Shown piece after piece: positions 1 to 8,196 of a stretch of DNA of 64,000 nucleotides; within the stretch, counting starts at the first letter, position 1, and each line of letters starts with the position of its first letter. The notes under the pieces are model-generated. The model had not been told where the DNA came from, made no database searches, and saw nothing but the letters and a program-made list of their open reading frames with translations. The position numbers and the translations under genes were made by a program. Source of the stretch: an uncultured bacterium (GTDB lineage: Bacteria > Myxococcota_A > CAZTSL01); the NCBI GenBank assembly GCA_964616915.1, contig CAZTSL010000006.1, positions 3,929-67,928 of the forward strand, read 5' to 3'.

Positions 1-518
1 TTCTCGAAGGGGATACCTCCCATCCGACGTCCGAGGACATCTACCGGCGGGCGAAGAAGATCCATCCCTCGATCTCCCGTTCGACGGTGTACCGGACGTT
101 GGAGACGCTCGTTCGCGCGGGGGAGATCACGGAGATCCGGAATCGTCGGACATCGGCTCGCTTCGAGACGAACGACAGGCCTCACCAGCACATCGTTTGC
201 GAGGGGTGTGGCCGGATGGAGGATATCGAGCTTTCCCCTTCGTGGATCGAAGCGTGTGTGCCGGCGGAGGTCCGGCAGCGCTACGAGATCTCTCCGACCG
301 GACTCGTGGTGTATGGATTCTGTGGAGCGTGTCGCGGAGAGACGGGTGAAAGGGATGGCAGCGTCCGGAGCGAGGATGTCGCTTCCGGTCGTTCGCGTCG
401 TGGATCGGCGTGGGAAAGGGTTTCCCTCGCCGGCAAGGAACCACAGGAGGAACCCGGATCTGATGACCGGGTTCGTTTCGGAGGTGCAAATGGATCTGAA
501 ATCGTCGAAGACACATGA
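1..518 (+). CDS. Fur/PerR-family metalloregulator, 5'-partial (gene starts upstream of window)
   Basis: Frame 3 is open from the window edge. It contains the Fur-like winged-helix segment (..SRSTVYRTLETLVRAGEI..) and the C-terminal metal site HQHIVCEGCG...YGFCGACR. It lies directly upstream of rubrerythrin, a PerR-rbr-type arrangement. Confidence 0.7.
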   Translation, partial: LEGDTSHPTSEDIYRRAKKIHPSISRSTVYRTLETLVRAGEITEIRNRRTSARFETNDRPHQHIVCEGCGRMEDIELSPSWIEACVPAEVRQRYEISPTGLVVYGFCGACRGETGERDGSVRSEDVASGRSRRGSAWERVSLAGKEPQEEPGSDDRVRFGGANGSEIVEDT

Positions 519-912
519 GAACCTGATCGAAGCCTTCAAGGGTGAGTCGATGGCCAACCGCCGCTACCTCTACTTCGCGCGCCGGGCCGACATCGAGGGG
601 TACCCCGACATCGGTGGGCTCTTCCGCGACACGGCGGAGGCGGAGACGGGTCACGCCTTCGGGCACCTCGACTTCCTCAAGGAGGTGGGGGATCCCGCAA
701 CGGGGGAGCCGATCGGGGACACCGCGGCGAACCTCAAGAGCGCGGTCGCCGGTGAGACCTACGAGTTCACGGAGATGTACCCCGGTTTTGCGAAGGTGGC
801 CCGCGAAGAGGGCTTCGAGGAGATCGCCGAGTGGTTCGAGACGCTGGCCAAGGCGGAGAAGTCGCACGCCGGCCGCTTCCAGAAGGGGCTCGACACCCTG
901 CCGAAGCTCTGA
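490..912 (+). CDS. rubrerythrin-family ferritin-like diiron protein (no rubredoxin domain)
   Basis: 140 aa from the internal ATG of ORF 208..912. Ferritin-like E..H motifs are present ([12 protein letters not shown]..., [32 protein letters not shown]). Confidence 0.75.
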   Translation: MDLKSSKTHENLIEAFKGESMANRRYLYFARRADIEGYPDIGGLFRDTAEAETGHAFGHLDFLKEVGDPATGEPIGDTAANLKSAVAGETYEFTEMYPGFAKVAREEGFEEIAEWFETLAKAEKSHAGRFQKGLDTLPKL

Positions 913-947
913 GGCCGCCGCAGCCGGATCTCCGACAGCCGGGGGCT

Positions 948-984
948 GCCTCTCCCTCCCGCCGCCGGTAGGGGAGGGGGAGGC
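948..984 (+). terminator. GC-rich hairpin (about 13 bp stem) 36 nt after the rubrerythrin stop
   Basis: gcctctccctccc-gccgccggta-ggggagggggaggc is a near-perfect inverted repeat. There is no T-tract, which is common in high-GC genomes. A second short hairpin lies at about 1061..1081. Confidence 0.35.
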
Positions 985-1136
985 AAGGGAGGAGGGGACG
1001 AACCCCTTCTTCTGCGCCCCCTCCTGTCGGAGGAGAGGAACCGTCGTGACCCGCACATCGCCTCCCCCGTTGCGGGGGAGGGGGGAGCCGCAGCGTCGGC
1101 CGGAAGGGGACACGCAACGAAGAGCTGCCGATACCG

Positions 1137-2435
1137 ATGACGCCGGCGAGGACCAAAGCGCGCGAGGAGGGAACCGTGACCTACGATCTACGGAAAGCGG
1201 AATACTGGGACGTGGAGGATCTCCGCAAGGAGATGGAACGGGTCTTCGACATCTGCCATGGGTGCCGTCGCTGTTACAACCTCTGCCCCTCCTTCAACGT
1301 CTTGCTCGACACGCTCGACGAGCAGGAGGTGGAGGTCGAGGAACTCGCCCCCTCCGTCTACGACGAGGTCGTCGATCTCTGCTACCAGTGCAAGCTCTGT
1401 GACCCCCATTGTCCCTATACGCCTCCGCACCGCTGGCAGATCGATTTTCCACGGCTGATGTTGCGGGCCCGGGCGGTTCGGGCCCGGCGGGAGGGGGTCT
1501 CCTTCCCGGACAAGGTCCTGGGGAAGACCGATCTCATCGGGAAGGTGGGGACGCGCCTGTCGGCGCTCATGAACTGGGCGAATCGCAATCGCCTGAGCCG
1601 TTTCGTGATGGAGCGGATCACCGGCATCCACCGGGGGCGCAACCTCCCCCCCTACGCCGCGCAGTCGTTTGCCCGATGGTTTGCCGCCAGGAAACCGGAA
1701 CCCCCGAAATCTCCGGTGGCCCGGGTCGCTCTCTTCGAGACCTGTTCGGTCAACTACAACTACACGGAGGTGGGGAAGGCCGCGGTGGCGGTCCTGGCGC
1801 ACAACGAGGTCGAGGTCGTCCGTCCGAGCCAGGTCTGCTGCGGCATGCCCGCCCTCGACGGGGGGGATACCGATGAAGCCCTCCGGAAGATCCGGGCCAA
1901 TATCGCCTCCCTCCTCCCATGGGTCGAAAAGGGTTACGACATCGTGGTCCCGGGCCCCACGTGCAGCTACATGCTCAAGAAGGAATACCCCGTCCTTCAC
2001 CCCTCCCCCGAATCGGAGCGGATCGCGAGCCATACCTTCGATCTCTGCGAGTACCTCATGAAACTGCGGGAGGCGGGGAAACTCAAGACCGACTTCAAGC
2101 ACGCGCCGGGGAAGATCACCTACCAGCTCCCCTGCCATCTGCGTGTCCAGAACATCGGCTTCAAGTCGCGCGATCTCCTCTCGACGATCCCTGGCGCCCA
2201 GGTCCGGATGATCGAACGTTGCTCCGCGGTCGATGGAACATGGGGGCTCAAGAAGGAATACTACGAAACCTCCCTCGAACTTGCGGGGAAACTCTTCCAG
2301 GAGGTCGAAGGAGAAGCGACGGAACTCGTCGTCTCCGATTGCTCCCTGGCCGGACTCCAGATCACCCAGGGAACGAAGCGAAAGGTCCTCCATCCGATCG
2401 AGGTCGTGGCCAAGGCCTACGGGCTGATCGAATGA
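1137..2435 (+). CDS. (Fe-S)-binding oxidoreductase with 2x[4Fe-4S] ferredoxin motifs and two CCG cysteine-rich domains (GlcF / HdrD-like)
   Basis: [12 protein letters not shown] and [12 protein letters not shown] ferredoxin-type motifs. CCG-domain motifs ([23 protein letters not shown]) are also present. Confidence 0.75.
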   Translation: MTPARTKAREEGTVTYDLRKAEYWDVEDLRKEMERVFDICHGCRRCYNLCPSFNVLLDTLDEQEVEVEELAPSVYDEVVDLCYQCKLCDPHCPYTPPHRWQIDFPRLMLRARAVRARREGVSFPDKVLGKTDLIGKVGTRLSALMNWANRNRLSRFVMERITGIHRGRNLPPYAAQSFARWFAARKPEPPKSPVARVALFETCSVNYNYTEVGKAAVAVLAHNEVEVVRPSQVCCGMPALDGGDTDEALRKIRANIASLLPWVEKGYDIVVPGPTCSYMLKKEYPVLHPSPESERIASHTFDLCEYLMKLREAGKLKTDFKHAPGKITYQLPCHLRVQNIGFKSRDLLSTIPGAQVRMIERCSAVDGTWGLKKEYYETSLELAGKLFQEVEGEATELVVSDCSLAGLQITQGTKRKVLHPIEVVAKAYGLIE

Positions 2436-3094
2436 GAGCGAGCGACATCCCCCCGCCACACGAACCCGATCACCGGGGGGAGAGGGGGAAGTGGAAAGGA
2501 GAGTACGTGGAGAAGATCACGATCGATGACATCAAGGATCTCACGACCTACGAGATCGAGCGCCCCGAGTTCCGAAAGGAGATCATCGCGCTCAAGAAGA
2601 TACGCCGCGTCCCCCTCGGTGACCGGGTCTCCCTCGTCTTCGAGAACCGGAAAACGGTCCTCTTCCAGATTCAGGAGATGCTCCGCGCCGAACGGATCGT
2701 CCTCCCCGAAAAGGTCCAGGAAGAGATCGACGTGTACAACGAACTGATCCCTCCCCCAAACCACTTGAGCGCCACCCTCTTCATCGAGATCCGGGAACAG
2801 GCCAGGATCAAGGAGTACCTCGACGCCTTCCTCGGCCTCGATCAGGGGGAACGGATCTACTTCGAAATCGATGGGGCGACGCGCAGTGCCGCTCGCTTCG
2901 AGGCGGGGCGCAGCAAGGAGGACCGCATCAGCGCCGTCCACTACCTCCAGTTCCCCTTCGAAGGCGTGGTCCGGGAGAAATTCCTCGACCCCTCCCTCCC
3001 TGCCCACCTCGTCCTCGATCACCCGAACTACCAGGCGCGCACCGGGATCTCCCCCGCGCTGCGCCGGAGCCTGATCGAGGACCTCACCCTCTGA
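2432..3094 (+). CDS. DUF3501-family protein
   Basis: Internal ATG at 2432 overlaps the upstream TGA by ATGA, indicating translational coupling. The body matches the DUF3501 pattern (ITIDDIKDL..YE..RPEFRKEIIALKK.RRV.LG..VSLVFEN..TVLFQIQEM). This family is commonly linked to rubrerythrin and CCG proteins. Confidence 0.6.
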   Translation: MRASDIPPPHEPDHRGERGKWKGEYVEKITIDDIKDLTTYEIERPEFRKEIIALKKIRRVPLGDRVSLVFENRKTVLFQIQEMLRAERIVLPEKVQEEIDVYNELIPPPNHLSATLFIEIREQARIKEYLDAFLGLDQGERIYFEIDGATRSAARFEAGRSKEDRISAVHYLQFPFEGVVREKFLDPSLPAHLVLDHPNYQARTGISPALRRSLIEDLTL

Positions 3095-3178
3095 TTCGCG
3101 CTGCGGAATCCTCCGGGGGAGGGGGACGTTCCGGACTCCCGCGCTGCACGACACCCCTGCCTCGGCGATCGCACCGGC

Positions 3179-5413
3179 TCAGAAGATGTCGTAGGAAATA
3201 CGTAGCAGGAGGTTCTGCTCCACGGAGAGGGGATCCTCCGGGGAGTTGATCTCCGGATCCCGGATGAAACGGGTGATATAGTTGAGGGCGGCATAACGCC
3301 CGAGCCGCAGGCCGATCGAGTTCTGCCAGGTGTACCGCGGGGAGGAGAGTTCGTCGAAGGGGACGAGGATGTCGAAGTCGGTGGAAGCCAACACCCAGCG
3401 GGAGAAGCGAAGCGTCCCCACCACCGCCCCCTCGATCCCTTCGATGAGGTTGTCCCCGCTCGGCCGGATCTCGACGATGTCACGCTCCTGCCCCGTCTTC
3501 GGATCCTGCACCGTCGTCTCGTTGAAGGTGAAGAAGTCGTAGGTGAGCAACTGCCGGGAGCCGACCCCGAAACGGGTGTTCAAGTCCGCATACGTCTTCT
3601 TGAGGAGCGTGAGATTGATCCCAGCCCCCTCCTTCAACGCCAGGAGGGAGAAGGCATTGGCCAGTTGCACCTCCTGGCCGGGGGGGAGGATCTCATCGAC
3701 GACGAAGGTGCCGGGCGCCGTTTCGCTCTCGACGAGGATGTGCGCCTCCTTCTCGAAGGTCCGCGTCGTGGGGAGGAGATTCGTGTCGATCCCGAAGCGG
3801 ACGTAGGGGCCGAAGGCCGGAACGTACCGGTAGATGTAGATCGAATCGAGGTCGAGGCTGTCGAAGTCCTTCGAGAAGCGGTCATCGCTCTGGCTGCGGG
3901 TCTGCCCCTCCTCGATCTCCATCCGGGTATAGAAGTAGTGCTCGTCGCGGGTGTAGGTCGTGATCGTGTCGAGGAAGAGGGAGAAGGAGATCTCCGTGCC
4001 CGATTGCCGGGCCGTGGTCGTGCCTGCGACGTTGTCGAGACTCTCGAGGGAGAGGTCCCCCCCCAACGTCATGCTGATCTTCCAGTTCCCGAGGCGGGAC
4101 ATGTCGATGTCGGGCTCGAAGACACCGGCACCGAGGAAGTTCTCCGTCTCGGGGTCGAGGACGAGGACGAAGTTCGTCAGGACCCCCGCCTTGAGTTCGA
4201 CGGTGGCGAAGTTCTTCCGGGCCCGGTAGTTCTCCCCGACCCGGATCAACTTGTAGAGGCCCGGTTTGAGGATCCATGTCTGGAGCTGTTCCCCGGTCTC
4301 CTCATCGACGCCGAAGCCGACGCCGACGACCTCCCGGGTCGGCATGTAGATCAGCTCATAACTGCCCCGGAAGGCGACGTTCTGCTCATCGACGACGCGC
4401 ACGACGAGCCCTGCCCAGACCGGCTTCACGATCGAGGTCTCCCCCTCGCGGACCTCGACGTTCTCTCGGATCCGAACGGTGTCGATCCCGGAGCCGAAAC
4501 GAATCTCGTACTTCCCGGGATCGAGGATGACCCGGGTGCCGGTCTGGGTCGATATCTTCTCTCCCTTCTCGGGGAGGATCTCCACGAGGGGTTCGCGCAA
4601 CGGTTCGGTCATCGCGGGGATGAAGATCGCACCCTTGCCGGTGGGGATCTGCTTCGTATCGAGGGCGAGTTGTTCGTCGATCGGAGGAGAGAGCCAGCTC
4701 GACTCGAAGGTCTCCCCCCTTTCGTGCTCCGCTTCCACCGTCTCGATGATCGATGCGATCTGGTCCTCCACCTTCGGTGGAACCGGAAGCTGGTCCGCCG
4801 TAGGCTCCACCCCCGCCTCTTCCGAGAGGTGTTCGTCGAAGACGACGATCATCCGGGTGATCTCCTCGAAGAGGATCTCGCTCAACTTCTGTACGATCAC
4901 CGACGGGGACTGTACCTTGACCGGTTCCTTCCGGTCGAAGGTGTAGGAGGCCACGACCGCGCCGTCCCGCTCCCGGATCAGGGAGAAGTTCATCGCCAGA
5001 TGCGCGTACCACAGATCGATGCTGTCGAGTTCCTCGATGCTCACGAGTTCACTCGTGATCGTGTAGTCGGGAAGCTGCTCCTCCACCGTCGCGGAGACCC
5101 GCGCAAAGAGCCCCGTCTTACGCAGATGCTGAACGAGGAGGTCGGCGATCATCCGCTGCGGCTTCACCGCCCAGAGATGATAGTTGTAGTACTGGAGCTT
5201 GTGGAGCGAGAAGCGGTACACGATCGGGAGCCGGTCGTACGTCTGGCTGATGCGGGGCTCCTTGACCCGAAGGAAGATCGGAAACTTGGGGACCTGCGTC
5301 TCCAGCGGGGGAAGGGGGTACTGAAGCAGGTAGTAATTCTTCCCCCGCGGAGCGGAACAGGCAGAAAGAAGCAACATCCCAAGCAAAAGGAAAACGAGCG
5401 ATCGGTGGTTCAT
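3179..5413 (-). CDS. PqiC/YmbA-like (DUF330) ABC-transport auxiliary lipoprotein fused to a ~550 aa C-terminal domain of unknown function
   Basis: Signal peptide with lipobox (MNHRSLVFLLLGMLLLSAC). The N-terminal ~190 aa is PqiC-like (YYLLQYPLPP...LPIVYRFSLHKLQYYNYHLWAVKP). The remainder is rich in alternating aromatic/hydrophobic residues and ends ...RISYDIF. It lies 20 nt downstream of the MCE gene. Confidence 0.6.
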   Translation of the reverse strand: MNHRSLVFLLLGMLLLSACSAPRGKNYYLLQYPLPPLETQVPKFPIFLRVKEPRISQTYDRLPIVYRFSLHKLQYYNYHLWAVKPQRMIADLLVQHLRKTGLFARVSATVEEQLPDYTITSELVSIEELDSIDLWYAHLAMNFSLIRERDGAVVASYTFDRKEPVKVQSPSVIVQKLSEILFEEITRMIVVFDEHLSEEAGVEPTADQLPVPPKVEDQIASIIETVEAEHERGETFESSWLSPPIDEQLALDTKQIPTGKGAIFIPAMTEPLREPLVEILPEKGEKISTQTGTRVILDPGKYEIRFGSGIDTVRIRENVEVREGETSIVKPVWAGLVVRVVDEQNVAFRGSYELIYMPTREVVGVGFGVDEETGEQLQTWILKPGLYKLIRVGENYRARKNFATVELKAGVLTNFVLVLDPETENFLGAGVFEPDIDMSRLGNWKISMTLGGDLSLESLDNVAGTTTARQSGTEISFSLFLDTITTYTRDEHYFYTRMEIEEGQTRSQSDDRFSKDFDSLDLDSIYIYRYVPAFGPYVRFGIDTNLLPTTRTFEKEAHILVESETAPGTFVVDEILPPGQEVQLANAFSLLALKEGAGINLTLLKKTYADLNTRFGVGSRQLLTYDFFTFNETTVQDPKTGQERDIVEIRPSGDNLIEGIEGAVVGTLRFSRWVLASTDFDILVPFDELSSPRYTWQNSIGLRLGRYAALNYITRFIRDPEINSPEDPLSVEQNLLLRISYDIF

Positions 5414-5433
5414 CCATCCTCTCGATGCGGTGC

Positions 5434-6444
5434 TCATTGAAATTCCCGTTCCTCCTGCTCGATGTTGCGGAAGAGCGCGGAGGGGTTCTCGAGGAGAAAT
5501 CGACTGAAATCACGAAGATTCTCCGTCGTCTGGTTGAGTTGAAGGAGCGTGGCGTCGAGGTTCTCCTGGCCCCGGGCCACGGTGAGGTTCAAACGGTGAA
5601 GGAGCCGGGCCGTATCCTCGATCGCCCCTTTGAGCCGTTCGTTCCCGAGGAGTTCGCGGGCCGCTCCCATCGTCTCCGTGGCGTTCTCGAGGAGTTCGGT
5701 GAGCGCGGCCTGCTGTTTCGGAAGATCGGCGGTCACCCGATCGATGCCGGCGACGATCTTGTGAAGCGCCGCCCGGTTCTCCTCGACGAGTCGCTCCACC
5801 GACCGGAGGGTCGCCTCCGCGGCCTGGGACGTGTCGGCCAGCCCCCTTGCCACCTCCGTGACCACAGGACGGGTCTCAACGACGAGCGTTTCGATCTCCC
5901 CCATGATCCGATCGATGCGGGTGATGATCTCCTCGATCCGTTTCCCCTGGCTTCCGCCCGTGAGGTTGACGAGGTTTTCGAGGAGGTTTTCCGTCTTGAG
6001 CGCGATCGCGGTGGCACGGCCGCTCAGATCGGTCATGAGGGAGGGTTCCTCCGCGATCTCGCCGCCGGGGGGGAGGGGAGGGGCATCCTGGGAACTCTTC
6101 ACGAGATCGATATATTTGAGCCCCGTGATCCCCAGCGTCTCGACGACCGCCTTCGTGTCCGTCTTGATCGGGGTGCCCCGTTCCACACTGATATCGACGA
6201 TCACGCGCCCCACGTTCTCGGGATCGACGCGGATCCGCTCCACGCGGCCGACCTGGACGCCGCGATACTTCACGGCGGAGCCGGGTTCGAGGCCCGTGAC
6301 GGAAGCGGTGAGCGCGATCCAATAGTGATCCCGCTTCTCCACGAGCCGGCTGCCGCCGAGGATCGCCACGGCGACGAGAAAGATCGCGGCAGCGGTGCTC
6401 ACGAAGATGCCCAGACGAACCTTCTGCGTTCGGGTCAACGCCAT
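5434..6444 (-). CDS. MCE/MlaD-family protein (single MCE domain, N-terminal TM helix, long helical C-terminus)
   Basis: 336 aa from the internal ATG (MALTRTQKVRLGIFVSTAAAIFLVAVAILGG). The MCE core is ...YWIALTASVTGLEPGSAVKYRGVQVGRVERIRV.... The C-terminal half is heptad-like and helical. Confidence 0.75.
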   Translation of the reverse strand: MALTRTQKVRLGIFVSTAAAIFLVAVAILGGSRLVEKRDHYWIALTASVTGLEPGSAVKYRGVQVGRVERIRVDPENVGRVIVDISVERGTPIKTDTKAVVETLGITGLKYIDLVKSSQDAPPLPPGGEIAEEPSLMTDLSGRATAIALKTENLLENLVNLTGGSQGKRIEEIITRIDRIMGEIETLVVETRPVVTEVARGLADTSQAAEATLRSVERLVEENRAALHKIVAGIDRVTADLPKQQAALTELLENATETMGAARELLGNERLKGAIEDTARLLHRLNLTVARGQENLDATLLQLNQTTENLRDFSRFLLENPSALFRNIEQEEREFQ

Positions 6445-6671
6445 CGGTCTCCTTTCCTCCTTCTCTCCCTCATTGCGGGCAGCGTCCTTCACAGGACCCA
6501 CGAGCGCAGGCGATGGGGAAGAAATGTGGGTGTTGAGTGACGTGACAGGAGAAAACGTTGCGGTTTTCGAGGGGAGGGTTCACCCCTTCTCGCAGGAGAT
6601 GCGTATGACGCTCCCTTCCGGCGAACGTCGATGAGTGGGGAATCGGCGGAGCGGGTCATCCGTTTCCGGCG

Positions 6672-7238
6672 TCACGCTTCCTGATAGACCGTGAAGCCTG
6701 TGCGGACCCGTTCCCTTCCCCCCCCCTTCCAGACGAAGATCGCTACGGCGTCGTAGGGGGAGAGGGTGGGATCGACCACGATCGCGGAGCGGAAGGCCTG
6801 GGAGAAGAAGTGGGTATCGATGAAACGATCGTGGCTGGAGAGGAAGAGGCCGTAACCGGGGTGCGTATGCATCCATCCAAGGATCAACCGGTCGGGATAT
6901 TCCGTTTCGATCGTTCGATGGATCGCCTCCCATGCCTCATGGGTGAAGGTGAGCGCCGCGCGATCGGAGATGGCCCGCGTGGCCGGGATGAAGCCGTCCA
7001 TCGCGACGAACTCTCCCCTCTTCCCCCTTCCGTAGGTACCGACGACGACCCCCCCCCGTTCGTGGGTGAGATCGCCGTAGGCGTAGGCCACCATTTCGCT
7101 GAGCGCATCGGTGTGGAGGAAGACGCGCAGATCGGGACGCGCATCGGTACCCCGTGGAATGACGATCCACTCCGGATGCTCGTCGGGAGCGGGAGTCTCC
7201 TTCGGTACGACAACTTTCGGGCGGACGACGACTTTCAC
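6672..7238 (-). CDS. JAB/MPN+ (JAMM) metallopeptidase
   Basis: Complete JAMM motif: upstream Glu (THERGG) followed by HTHPGYGLFLSSHD (HxHx7Sx2D). Confidence 0.8.
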   Translation of the reverse strand: MKVVVRPKVVVPKETPAPDEHPEWIVIPRGTDARPDLRVFLHTDALSEMVAYAYGDLTHERGGVVVGTYGRGKRGEFVAMDGFIPATRAISDRAALTFTHEAWEAIHRTIETEYPDRLILGWMHTHPGYGLFLSSHDRFIDTHFFSQAFRSAIVVDPTLSPYDAVAIFVWKGGGRERVRTGFTVYQEA

Positions 7239-7298
7239 GACGGCCTCGCTTCCTCCGCTCGGGGATCGCCGGCTCGAACCGACCCTGCCCCGACGTCT

Positions 7299-7790
7299 TC
7301 ACATCACCTTGGGGGAGACGCGGATCGTGACAGAGGGCCCCCGCAGGGATCGTGGATCGAGGGGGAGCTTCTCCAGGTTGCGGCGGACCCAATCCGCGGC
7401 CACACGATCGAGCGGGGAGTTGACGTTGTGTTTCGCCAGCCGGATCATGTCCGCCAACTCCGCCACGAAATCGGCCAGCGACCAGCTCGCGGCCCAGTGG
7501 CTGCTGTGGCAGACCGCCTCCCCCCGGATGTTCGGGTGAAAGATCGGCGTCAGCCACGTCACGTCGGGGGGATGGGAGGGATAGTGCGCGCCGAGGAGCA
7601 TCCGGCATTGGTGGAAGTCGGAGATCACGATCCGGTCCTCCACGCGCATCAATCCCCGGCATCGGAAGGTGAGGAGATAGCGGGTCGGCGGGGTTCCCTC
7701 CGTCACGAAATCGAACCAGTCGGCCCGTGCCCCAAGCCGGATCATCTCCTCGTAGTCGTTGTGGAGGCGGATATCCCTTCGCCGTTGCAT
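7299..7790 (-). CDS. UBC-fold ubiquitin-conjugating-enzyme (E2)-like protein
   Basis: 163 aa. The UBC pattern is RL..DY.EM......DW...(F).....YLLTFRC.G......ISDFH..M.L...YP..PPDV.WLTPIFHPNIRGEAVCHSSHW.ASWSLADFVAELADMI..NVNSPLD..AADW. HPN sits at residues 85-87 and the candidate catalytic Cys at 94, matching eukaryote-type E2 spacing. Confidence 0.6.
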   Translation of the reverse strand: MQRRRDIRLHNDYEEMIRLGARADWFDFVTEGTPPTRYLLTFRCRGLMRVEDRIVISDFHQCRMLLGAHYPSHPPDVTWLTPIFHPNIRGEAVCHSSHWAASWSLADFVAELADMIRLAKHNVNSPLDRVAADWVRRNLEKLPLDPRSLRGPSVTIRVSPKVM

Positions 7791-7802
7791 CCCCTTTCCC
7801 TC

Positions 7803-8120
7803 CTACCCGACAGGGACGGCCGGACGATCGACGTCACCAAGGGGGGGAGCCTGCCCTGCCACGAAGGTCGAAGTGAGCAGGAAGACGTCTCCATTCTTGC
7901 AGTTCTGCTCCGCCAACGTCGCTTCTTCCGGGAGCGTGCGGCCCGTTCGTTTGTTCAGGAGTTCGTAGCTCACCCGGTCTCCGTCCGGTCCGACGAGGGG
8001 GAGCCCGAGCTGATTGACGATCTCGGGCAGGAGAATCGCGAGTTTCTCATCGTCGGGCAATTCCACGTCGAATTCCTGGTTCGTATCCGCCCGAATGATG
8101 GACACCTGTAGCTGAGCCAT
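7803..8120 (-). CDS. small beta-grasp ubiquitin-like protein (105 aa), candidate conjugation substrate/modifier
   Basis: Internal ATG of ORF 7803..8435 (MAQLQVSIIRADTNQEFDVELPDD...). Its size and alternating pattern fit a beta-grasp fold. The tail ...TSTFVAGQAPPLGDVDRPAVPVG carries Gly residues that could be exposed by JAB processing. It lies 12 nt upstream of the E2-like gene. Confidence 0.45.
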   Translation of the reverse strand: MAQLQVSIIRADTNQEFDVELPDDEKLAILLPEIVNQLGLPLVGPDGDRVSYELLNKRTGRTLPEEATLAEQNCKNGDVFLLTSTFVAGQAPPLGDVDRPAVPVG

Positions 8121-8196
8121 ATTTGCGGAGGTCCTTTCTATCTCGAATCTGGCTGGAGGGACGTTCGATTCCCCTCGAGGTCGTAAATACGGTCGG

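Noticed and set aside
127-1113. 328 aa minus-strand ORF overlapping the Fur and rubrerythrin genes
   Set aside because: It is antisense to two well-supported genes, has Arg/Pro/Gly-rich low-complexity composition typical of spurious high-GC ORFs, and shows no motifs.
3665-5440. 591 aa plus-strand ORF
   Set aside because: It is antisense to the PqiC-like lipoprotein gene, and its Asp/Glu/Arg/Leu-rich composition is an artefact.
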